A stretch of DNA of 64,000 nt from an uncultured Verrucomicrobiae bacterium. GTDB taxonomy: Bacteria > Verrucomicrobiota > Verrucomicrobiia > Chthoniobacterales > JAFAMB01. The position numbers were made by a program, and so were the translations under genes. Under the pieces are notes generated by a model. It had not been told where the DNA came from and did not search any database. It saw only the letters and a program-made list of their open reading frames with translations. The stretch spans positions 106,498 through 170,497 of the forward strand of contig CAVXLD010000001.1 in the NCBI GenBank assembly GCA_963762565.1, read 5' to 3'. This document shows positions 8,156 to 16,852 of this stretch, piece by piece (positions within the stretch are counted from its first letter, which is position 1; each line of letters begins with the position of its first letter).

Positions 8156-9567
8156 AGCCCATATTGCTGCAACCGCCGGTAAAATGTGCTACGACTCAAA
8201 CCGAGAGCTTCCGCAGCGCGTCGAGCATTACCACCGTACCGATTAAGCGCTTTCTTGATTAACAACTTCTCGATGTCCTCCAAGGTCATTTCATCGAGGC
8301 GCGATGAATCAGACGGAGTTTGTCCTCCGATATCGGCCAAGCCGAGATCCGGAGGCCGGATCTGAGCACTGTCTGTCATCAGAACGGCGCGTTCTATGGT
8401 GTGATCGAGTTCCCGCACGTTCCCCGGCCACCGATGATAGGTGAGAGCCTTCTCGGCAGCAGGGTCAATCCCGGTAATCCGCTTAGCGTACCGGCTAGCA
8501 TGACGGTCCAAGAAGTGTTGGGCCAACGGAACGATGTCTTCCGGCCGGTCGCGCAAAGGCGGAATCTGAATCTCGACTGTTCGCAGTCGGAAATAGAGGT
8601 CTCGCCTGAACCGGCCCGATTCAACCTCAGCCGGTAAATCGGAATTCGTCGCCGACAAAAGCCTGACACTCGCGCGCCGAGTTTTGGAAGAACCGAGCCG
8701 CTCAAACTCGCCGGTCTCAACCGTGCGCAAAAGTTTGGCCTGTTGCGAGAGTGGAATATTCCCGATCTCATCCAGAAATAAGGTCCCTCCGTCGGCGATC
8801 TCGAAACGTCCGGCCCGCTCACTCTTGGCGTCCGTAAAGGCTCCTTTCATGTGGCCGAACAGTTCGCTTTCAAACAGGTTCTCGTTCAGGCCTCCCATGT
8901 TGACTGTCACAAAGGCCTTTTCAGCTCGCTGACTGGCGACATGAATCGCTCGCGCCACCACGCCCTTTCCCGTCCCGTTTTCGCCGGTGACCAAGACATT
9001 CGCATCAGAAGGCGCAATTCGTTGGATCGTCTCGACGACGGCGCGCATTCCCGATGATTGGGCGATTAGTCCAGTGGTCGCTAACGCCGTTTTCCGACTG
9101 GGCATCAGGCCGGCATCTCCGCGAAGGACCTGATTTTCCGACTCCAATCGCTCGCCGCGCAGCTCGGCAGCCGAAAAATCAAGCTGCGTGCGCACAATGG
9201 CCGAGACGCGCGAATTTTCCCAGGGCTTTTCAAAGAAGTCCCGAGCGCCGGTTCGCATGGCAGCAACCGCCAGATCGACCGTCGCCCACGCCGTCATGAC
9301 TACAATTGGTGGAGCGCCCTCGATTTTTTTGATCTGGGCGATAAGCTCGAGACCTTCCTGGCCGCCCGTCGTATCACGAGCGTAATTGAGGTCCAACAAT
9401 ATCAGCGAGACCTCGCTATTTTCGAGAGTCTCCATCACCTCTTTAGGAGAAGTCGCCAACGCAGTCTCGTACCCTTCCTTCGCGAGAAGTATTCGGAGCG
9501 CCTCCCGGACAGCGGCTTGGTCATCGGCGATCAGGATGCGGGGTTTTTTTGCGGGTTCTCGGTTCAC
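8152..9567 (-). CDS. Sigma-54-dependent response regulator (NtrC family enhancer-binding protein)
   Basis: REC domain (ILIADDQ...), AAA+ Walker A GENGTGKG, GAFTGA-type loop KGAFTDA, C-terminal Fis-type HTH LGLSRSTFYRRLQQYGL. The ORF is open to 9654, but residues 1-29 are repeat-encoded, so the GTG at 9567 (MNREPAKKPRILIADD) is the likelier start. Confidence 0.88.
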   Translation of the reverse strand: MNREPAKKPRILIADDQAAVREALRILLAKEGYETALATSPKEVMETLENSEVSLILLDLNYARDTTGGQEGLELIAQIKKIEGAPPIVVMTAWATVDLAVAAMRTGARDFFEKPWENSRVSAIVRTQLDFSAAELRGERLESENQVLRGDAGLMPSRKTALATTGLIAQSSGMRAVVETIQRIAPSDANVLVTGENGTGKGVVARAIHVASQRAEKAFVTVNMGGLNENLFESELFGHMKGAFTDAKSERAGRFEIADGGTLFLDEIGNIPLSQQAKLLRTVETGEFERLGSSKTRRASVRLLSATNSDLPAEVESGRFRRDLYFRLRTVEIQIPPLRDRPEDIVPLAQHFLDRHASRYAKRITGIDPAAEKALTYHRWPGNVRELDHTIERAVLMTDSAQIRPPDLGLADIGGQTPSDSSRLDEMTLEDIEKLLIKKALNRYGGNARRAAEALGLSRSTFYRRLQQYGL

Positions 9568-9860
9568 GGTTCGCAGTTCACGGTTGGCGGTTGCGGTTGG
9601 AGTTGTTCCTCGTCCTCGTTCACGTCGTCGTCCTCGTCCTCGAAAGGTTTGCACCGGGACCCAGCGGCAACATCCGCTCTATGTTGATACAGGAAATAAC
9701 AATCATCGAAAAAGCCTTACAAGATACGCGTGACCAGTAGAAAGGCCCATTCGCGAAGAATTAGCAACAACTTCTCATTGGTTGCGTGAGGATAACCGAG
9801 GGGACAACCGCAAACTGCAAGCCGCTAACCTTGACACCCTCGAGGACGAGGACGAGAACG
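9554..9860. repeat. Cassette with non-nested word order X'-Q-core-X-Q'
   Basis: X' at 9554-9600 (ggttcacggttcgcag...), Q at 9608-9642 (cctcgtcctcg...), X at 9805-9830 (caaccgcaaactgcaagccgctaacc), Q' at 9837-9860 (ccctcgaggacgaggacgagaacg). Confidence 0.8.
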
Positions 9861-9933
9861 ATTATCAGCCAGCAGCCGTGCCCCGCACTGTGTGCATTGA
9901 CGACGCTGAGGGTGTTAGTAGACTCCGCAACCA

Positions 9934-10296
9934 ATGGAAGTGATTAATCGTAACGAGGTCGCGGCATTCGTCGGACCGGATGGCGGCATTATCCGGGAGC
10001 TTGCTGCTAGCCGGAATTCATCGGCCCGAAAACAGAGTTTGGCCGAGGCTACGATTCCGGTCGGAGGAACGGTTACCGAACATTTTCACAAAACCACAGA
10101 AGAGTTTTACTACATCCTCAGCGGAACCGGCCTGATGAAGATCGAGGACGAACTGAGAGAAGTGGGTCCGGGAGACACGGTTATTATCATTCCCGGTAAA
10201 CGCCACAAGATCACAAACAACGGCCAAGTTCCGTTAGTTCTGCTGGCGTGCTGTTCACCTGAATGGACTGCAGAAGATCAGGTGCTGGTGGACTGA
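9934..10296 (+). CDS. Cupin domain protein
   Basis: 120 aa with the two cupin motifs GGTVTEHFHKTTEEFYYILSG and GDTVIIIPGKRHKITNNG. Confidence 0.75.
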   Translation: MEVINRNEVAAFVGPDGGIIRELAASRNSSARKQSLAEATIPVGGTVTEHFHKTTEEFYYILSGTGLMKIEDELREVGPGDTVIIIPGKRHKITNNGQVPLVLLACCSPEWTAEDQVLVD

Positions 10297-10304
10297 TTAA
10301 AACC

Positions 10305-10809
10305 AAATTTCACCACAGAGACACAGAGGACACGGAGAACTGATCACAGACTAATTATAACACTTTACATTTATGGTGTGTATGCGATGATCGGAATATG
10401 GAAGGGTTTAGAAATGACCTAACGCATGCCGCAATCGGCATGGCCATCGAAGTACACCGGGAGCTCGGCCCCGGGCTCCTCGAATCGGCTTACGAAGAAT
10501 GCCTCGCCTACGAGTTGCACCAATCCTCCTTGAGATTTGTTCGACAAAATCCCTTGCCTATCAAATACAAAGGCTTGGAGCTAGAATGCGGCTACCGGGT
10601 AGACCTCCTCATTGAAGATGAGCTAGTTATCGAGTTAAAGAGCGTCGAAGAGCTGCTCCCGATCTTCGATGCCCAAGTCTTAACCTACATGAAGTTGGCC
10701 GACAAGCATTTAGGGCTGTTGATCAATTTTAACGTGCCAATGCTGAAAACGGGAATCAAAAGATTTGTCCGTTGAGCTCCGTGTCCTCTGTGTCTCTGTG
10801 GTGAAATTT
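10305..10809. mobile_element. ORF-bearing cassette with perfect 33-bp terminal inverted repeats (U word CACAGAG-type)
   Basis: aaatttcaccacagagacacagaggacacggag (10305-10337) is the exact reverse complement of 10777-10809. It encloses only the GxxExxY gene. Confidence 0.85.
10398..10775 (+). CDS. GxxExxY family protein (PD-(D/E)XK-like)
   Basis: 125 aa. Motif GLLESAYEECLAYEL matches GxxExxY, followed by YRVDLLIEDELVIELKS, which is typical of the family. Confidence 0.85.
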   Translation: MEGFRNDLTHAAIGMAIEVHRELGPGLLESAYEECLAYELHQSSLRFVRQNPLPIKYKGLELECGYRVDLLIEDELVIELKSVEELLPIFDAQVLTYMKLADKHLGLLINFNVPMLKTGIKRFVR

Positions 10810-10813
10810 TGTT

Positions 10814-12175
<1,362 letters not shown>

Positions 12176-12375
12176 GAGAAACGGGGAGCAGATTTTATCC
12201 CAAACTGTTTAAGCAATCGGTGAGTTATTAGAAAAGGATAAAAAAGAACGAACGCAGCAAATGATGGGCAACTGTGCATTATTCTAAGCGAGGCGCTCCG
12301 GAAACTGGGTAACAAAGCCGCCTAGAAACGGTCTGGCTTAAGCAGAAAGCGATTTTCCCCTCGTCGTGCGCGCAC

Positions 12376-13070
12376 CCCGGTTTTTACCCCAAAGGGGTAA
12401 TAGGACTCAGCCTGGGGTTTTAACCCCAGGAATGCGCCAAAAAAAAGACCCCCGCCCTGAAAGGGCGGCAGATTTTTGGAATGACAAATACATCAATATA
12501 TTATGTAATAGATACAATGTCTTAATCACTGGCACGCATCTTGATTCACCTTGTCTTTTCGACCAAGAACCGGGTCGCGTTCTTGCAATCTCAACAGCTC
12601 CGATCTGAAGTTCACGCGTATCTTACTGCGACTTTACGCGCCCTGGATTGCGAACCCGTTCAGGTCGGCGGAGTCAGCGATCACGTACATCTACTCTTTG
12701 GTCTTTCCCGAACCGTCTCGCTGGTAGATGTAGTTAAACAGCTTAAAACCAGCTCCACGAAGACGATTCGAGAGAAAGGTCATCACGCTTTCAGTTGGCA
12801 AACCGGCTACGGCGCCTTCTCAGTCAGCGAATCGAATAAAAGCGCAGTCATCGACTACATCATCAATCAAGAAATCCACCATCGTAAGATGACATTCCAA
12901 GAAGAAATCAGGGTGCTTCTAACCAAGCACAGTATGCGTTTCGATGAGCGATACGTCTGGGATTGAGACACTCTCAATCTGCCGCCCTTTCAGGGCGGGG
13001 CATTTTTGGGGCGCATTCCTGGGGTTAAAACCCCAGGCTGAGTCCTATTACCCCTTCGGGGTACAACCCC
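12376..13070 (+). mobile_element. Y1 (HUH) transposase element flanked by about 95-bp inverted REP-like repeats (RAYT-like unit)
   Basis: Left 12376-12471 and right 12979-13070 are near-identical reverse complements. Each contains the hairpins ggggttttaacccc and cccgccctgaaagggcgg. Confidence 0.8.
12517..12966 (+). pseudogene. IS200-like / REP-associated tyrosine transposase homologue with an in-frame TAA at codon 3
   Basis: Reads ATG TCT TAA then SLARILIHLVFSTKNR. HUH motif at HVHLL and catalytic-Tyr region WQTGYGAFSV. The longest intact ORF restarts at TTG 12541. Confidence 0.7.
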
Positions 13071-13135
13071 AACGTCCGAAAGATCGGCGCTTCGTTAGAA
13101 CCTGACGTTCTTTCGGGAGGCGCACCCTAGCAACG

Positions 13136-14233
13136 TCACAAATTCCCTCGTTTTGCCTGCTCGCGTTCTAACGCTTCAAACAACGCTTTGAAATTACCTG
13201 CTCCGAAACCCTGACTGCCATGACGGCGGATAACTTCATAAAACACTGTTGGCCGATCCTCAACGGGTTGGCTGAAAATCTGAAGCAGGTAACCTTCTTC
13301 ATCTCGGTCGACAAGAATGCCCCGACGCCCTAATTCGCGATAGTCTTCTTCAATCTCGCCGATCCGTGACGGTAGTTCTTCGTAGTAGGTCTCCGGCACC
13401 CGCAGAAAGTCGACTCCTGCCGCGCGTAAAGCATCAACCGTGGCAATGATATCTTTCGTCGCTAGAGCGATATGTTGCACCCCGGGCCCGCCGTAGTGAA
13501 TCAGGTATTCCTCGATCTGGCTGCGCCTTTTTCCTTCCGCTGGTTCATTAATCGGAAACTTGATGCGTCCGGAACCGTTTTGCATGACTTTGCTCATCAG
13601 GGCCGAATAGTCAGTACTGATGTCTTTATCGCTGAAGTGGGTTAGCTGGCTAAACCCAAGGACTTCACGATAGAAATCAACCCAATGATTCATCTGCCCT
13701 AATTCGACGTTCCCAACGATGTGGTCGATGGCCGCGATCCCGGTCTCTGGCGCCGGAGGCTGATTGGCGATTTCTTTAAAGCCTGGAAAGATCCCGCGAT
13801 AGTTTCGGCGCTCAATGAAACTGTGTACCGTGTCTCCATAGGTAGCGATCGAGGCTCGCACGAAGCGTCCGCTGCCGTCCTCAAATTCTTGTGGTTCTTG
13901 AACACCTTTGGCGCCTCGGCGCAAAGCCTCTTGATAAGCAGCTCGAGCATCACTAACTCTCAATGCGATATCGCGAACGCCATCGCCATGACGCGCAATG
14001 TGTCGTGATACGTCTGGCGCAGAATCCGGAGCAAGTGGTGAAGTTAAGAGAAAATGAACCTGGCCTTTTTTTAGCAACCAGGAGGCGCGATCTCGCACTC
14101 CGGTTTCCAGACCTGAGTAGGCAATTGGAACCAAGCCGAGGGCCGTGCGGTAGTAATGAGCGGCTTGCCGAGCATTTGATACGTAGAACTCGACGTAATC
14201 AATTCCGTGAAAATCGAAAGGATCTGAACTCAT
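13136..14233 (-). CDS. hppD: 4-hydroxyphenylpyruvate dioxygenase
   Basis: 365 aa. Two VOC-fold halves, the C-terminal GFGAGNFKALFEALEREQ motif, and PINEPAEGKRRSQIEEYL. Confidence 0.92.
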   Translation of the reverse strand: MSSDPFDFHGIDYVEFYVSNARQAAHYYRTALGLVPIAYSGLETGVRDRASWLLKKGQVHFLLTSPLAPDSAPDVSRHIARHGDGVRDIALRVSDARAAYQEALRRGAKGVQEPQEFEDGSGRFVRASIATYGDTVHSFIERRNYRGIFPGFKEIANQPPAPETGIAAIDHIVGNVELGQMNHWVDFYREVLGFSQLTHFSDKDISTDYSALMSKVMQNGSGRIKFPINEPAEGKRRSQIEEYLIHYGGPGVQHIALATKDIIATVDALRAAGVDFLRVPETYYEELPSRIGEIEEDYRELGRRGILVDRDEEGYLLQIFSQPVEDRPTVFYEVIRRHGSQGFGAGNFKALFEALEREQAKRGNL

Positions 14234-14339
14234 ATGGGCTTCTTCGGTTTTGAGTGACGCGTACTCCCAGACGCATCATTGGAGGTGATATTCAGGCTAT
14301 CATTAAGTAGAGAATGAAACAACGGAAAGGACGACCTTT

Positions 14340-14361
14340 GGTGGGGCGAGCCTCCGGAAAG
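14340..14361. repeat. Solo F1-type terminal repeat (left-end half site)
   Basis: ggtggggcgagcctccggaaag directly abuts F2 copy a. No matching right end is nearby. Confidence 0.6.
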
Positions 14362-14364
14362 ACC

Positions 14365-14583
14365 GGTAGGGCGAAAATCTCGGCGCGCCCAACGGAAACC
14401 ATTTTTTTTGTGACTCAATCGCGCCGGATTTGAGCCATGCGTGGGCCCTGCATCGTCCGGGACGCAATCGTTCTGTGGCGTGTCGAACCGTCGGAAGTTG
14501 CGGCTCCACGGAGCGGCTCAAATCCGGCGCGGTTAGACGTTTTAAAAAACGCATCCTGGGCGCGCCGAGATTTTCGCCCTACC
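14365..14583. mobile_element. F2 palindromic element, copy a (219 bp)
   Basis: TIRs ggtagggcgaaaatctcggcgcg / cgcgccgagattttcgccctacc, plus an inner inverted repeat cgcgccggatttgagcc...ggctcaaatccggcgcg. A second copy is at 32815-33032. Confidence 0.8.
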
Positions 14584-15187
14584 GGTCCTGGGTCGGCAAA
14601 GCGTGGGTACCCAAGATTCCGCGATCCGGAATACCATACGCCGTGCGCGACTCTGCAATGATACCAAGAGTATCTTTCGACTCGGGGACGAGACGATAAA
14701 TACGCCCTTTGGGGATAATCACATAATCACCGGGACGATAAGGCAGGATGCCGAACTCGGTCTCGAAGACACCAACCCCACGATGGAAGAAATAGAGTTC
14801 GTCGCCATCGACCGTTCGATAGAGGAACGGCATTGCCTCACGCCTCCGAGTTAAATAGAGCGAGAACGAACGCCGGGCACATGCCGCCATGGATTGCATC
14901 AACAAGGCCGGCGTTCCTTTCGGGTCCGCTAAATCCAGCGTCTCGATCGTCCGGCAATCCATAGCGATCGGCTTTAGAGAACCTTCAATCCGCTTCCAGG
15001 CCGAGGGCATCTCTTTAGCGTAAAGATGGGTGGCTTCACCAAAAAAGCCTTCGCGGCCATACTCCATTTCATAGGTCCCTTCCGGGACACCAACGTGCGC
15101 CTGATTCGGATAAACGCCGTTTTTAAGGGGGAAGCGCTGCATGCTGGCAATGTATTCCGGGGGCCGGGGAGCACAAGAGCGTGGCAC
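14579..15187 (-). pseudogene. hmgA: Homogentisate 1,2-dioxygenase, N-terminal about half only (truncated at the F2 element)
   Basis: 202 aa. NQAHVGVPEGTYEMEYGREGFFGEATHLYAKEMPSAW and the cupin segment DGDELYFFHRGVGVFETEFGILPYRPGDYVIIPKG resemble the short bacterial HGD family. It lies upstream of hppD. The ORF ends on a TAG inside the F2 terminal repeat, and no C-terminal half follows. Confidence 0.6.
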
Positions 15188-15206
15188 GCGGTAAGGGGTG
15201 GCAGCA

Positions 15207-15439
15207 CAAGTAAGCAGTAAGCAGTTTAGGAGCTAGAATCTAGGAGCAAGGAGGGCGGGGGCTTGGCAGCCGACGGTGCGGGTGGCATGCGAGTAATCAG
15301 TGATCGGTAAGTCAGTAGTCAGTGCTGAAGGCGGATCGATCACTGCTTACTGCTTACTTTGAGACTCCTGGCTATCTTTCGTCCAACGTCCGCCAGACCC
15401 CCGACCCGTTAGCTCCTAGATTCTAGCTCCTAGCTCCTC
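15207..15439. repeat. Composite cassette: V word (AAGCAGT), P arms, inner V*/V' hairpin
   Basis: V at 15207-15224, P at 15226-15253 (ttaggagctagaatctaggagcaaggag), inner hairpin at about 15306-15357 (gtaagtcagtagtcagtg ... cactgcttactgcttac), P' at 15409-15439. Confidence 0.8.
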
Positions 15440-15481
15440 TTTTTTCGAGCTTTCTGAACGATTCCGGCTATAAACCCTGGC

Positions 15482-15895
15482 GTGAACCTTTGGCAAAAAT
15501 TGAGCTTATTGGCTGTGGTCGCCTTGCTCTTACCCTTCGTCGCTTCAGCTCAAGAGCAGGCAAGTAAGTATCATTACGACGGGATCTACAAAGGGACGGT
15601 CCTGATCGACCTTTTGGTGAACGGAAATGACAAGCAACGGGCTAAGGCCCAGGCCGTTTTTTATCCGGACGGGCGCCTGCTCGTGTTGACGGTCGAATCG
15701 CCGCAAGTTCGCAACCCGATGAATATCAAAGGCGTGCTCCGAAAAAACGTCTTTACCGGAAACTGGAAGAAAGGGCTCTTCGGGACTGATCTTTCTGTCG
15801 AAGCCACCTTCCACAGTGGCTCCGCTGTACTCATCGTTACCGAGAAAAACAAGAAACCTGAGAAATGGTTCTTTACGAAGGTAAGCGGAGCGTGA
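15482..15895 (+). CDS. Hypothetical secreted protein
   Basis: GTG start. Signal peptide MNLWQKLSLLAVVALLLPFVASA|QE. No family recognised. Confidence 0.5.
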   Translation: MNLWQKLSLLAVVALLLPFVASAQEQASKYHYDGIYKGTVLIDLLVNGNDKQRAKAQAVFYPDGRLLVLTVESPQVRNPMNIKGVLRKNVFTGNWKKGLFGTDLSVEATFHSGSAVLIVTEKNKKPEKWFFTKVSGA

Positions 15896-15928
15896 CTTCG
15901 TTGTGAGAAGTGATGGTGAGGCGAGGCG

Positions 15929-15969
15929 GCCTCCTGGCTCCTAGATTCTAGCTTCTAGCTTCTAGCTCC
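15929..15969. repeat. P' word array overlapping the TetR stop codon
   Basis: cctcctggctcctagattctagcttctagcttctagctcc. The last TetR residues KKGARS and the stop TAG are encoded by this array. Confidence 0.8.
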
Positions 15970-16596
15970 TTTTTTGGATCGCTTCGGCGCTGTTTCTTGG
16001 GCCTGGTGCAAGCGCGCGAGCATCATCTCGATAGCTGTGTCCAGACAATGTTGCGCGGAGTATAACGTTAGGGCCCCATGGCTTCGCCGGAGAGAATCTA
16101 TGAAGATGACTCCTTCCAGCATATCGATGAGCATCTCAACGTCCGCGCCGCGCCGCGGTTTTTTTTGCTGCGAGGTCAACAGCGTGTTCATCGCCGAACG
16201 CATCGGCCTGAAAACGTCGTGCAAGACGTCGCGATGATCTTTGCTGAAATGATGCAACTCACCGAGCAGTACCCGGATGATAGGCAGACTCTCATCCATT
16301 AGCCGGTGTTGAAGCTTGGCGTAATGTAATAAAGCGGCGCGCAGGTCGCCGGGTGGCTCGTGCACAACAGGCGGCTCAATCCGCCGCGCAAAAAAACGTT
16401 CTACTACGGCGCGCAAAAGCTTTTCCTTCGTGCCAAAGCGGCGAAAGAGCGTCATTTCGCTGAGGCCGGCTTCGATGGCGATTTCCCGGGTGGTAGCGCC
16501 TTTTAGGCCTTTACGCGCAAATACCCGGGCGGCAGCATCAAGAAGTCTTTCTGCAGCGTTGCTTCTTTGGGGGGTCTGACTCTGGGGTCGACGCAC
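15955..16596 (-). CDS. TetR/AcrR family transcriptional regulator
   Basis: N-terminal HTH ARKGLKGATTREIAIEAGLSEMTLFRRFGTKEKLL. 213 aa. Confidence 0.85.
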   Translation of the reverse strand: MRRPQSQTPQRSNAAERLLDAAARVFARKGLKGATTREIAIEAGLSEMTLFRRFGTKEKLLRAVVERFFARRIEPPVVHEPPGDLRAALLHYAKLQHRLMDESLPIIRVLLGELHHFSKDHRDVLHDVFRPMRSAMNTLLTSQQKKPRRGADVEMLIDMLEGVIFIDSLRRSHGALTLYSAQHCLDTAIEMMLARLHQAQETAPKRSKKGARS

Positions 16597-16684
16597 TGAT
16601 TACCGCAAGCAAAGTCGCAAATGCTAGGCGCAAGTCAACTTTTAATCATACTTAACCTCTTACATCGGTTGATATTACGTTGAG

Positions 16685-16770
16685 GGGTTTGCAGTTTGCG
16701 GTTGACGGTTGGGGGTGGCGGCTTCGGCCGTCAATGAACCGCTAACGGCAAACCGCCAACCGCCCAACCC
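16685..16770. repeat. X-word hairpin (GGTTTGC/GGTTGAC heptamers vs complement)
   Basis: gggtttgcagtttgcggttgacggttggg (16685-16713) pairs with gaaccgctaacggcaaaccgccaaccgcccaaccc (16736-16770), with a short loop. Confidence 0.8.
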
Positions 16771-16775
16771 TCAGG

Positions 16776-16793
16776 CCGTCACAGAAATGTCAC
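16776..16793 (+). promoter_or_regulatory. Candidate Pho box
   Basis: CCGTCACAGAAATGTCAC: two GTCAC half sites with 11-bp periodicity, about 60 bp upstream of pstS. Compare the E. coli consensus CTGTCATAAAACTGTCAC. Confidence 0.45.
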
Positions 16794-16852
16794 AAAGCAG
16801 AGTTTGCCCGAAGCGCGACTTTCGATCAGTGGAAGAATGACTGCTTCAGACT

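Noticed and set aside
12176-12360. Purine riboswitch upstream of the NCS2 purine permease
   Set aside because: The minus-strand leader lacks the UAUAAU...GAUAUGGUUUGGGAGUUUCUACC...CCGUAAA signature. No convincing three-way junction is seen by eye.
12529-12545. Sigma-54-like motif CTGGCACGCATCTTGAT just before the Y1 transposase ORF
   Set aside because: The -12 element is TTGA rather than TTGC, and the motif lies inside the reconstructed coding sequence (SLARILIH). It is most likely a coincidence.
14230-14699. Short ORFs within the F1/F2 elements (for example 14303-14554, 14430-14699, 32877-33214, 19784-20199)
   Set aside because: Overlapping ORFs occur on both strands of palindromic DNA, and no conserved peptide is shared between element copies in the same frame.
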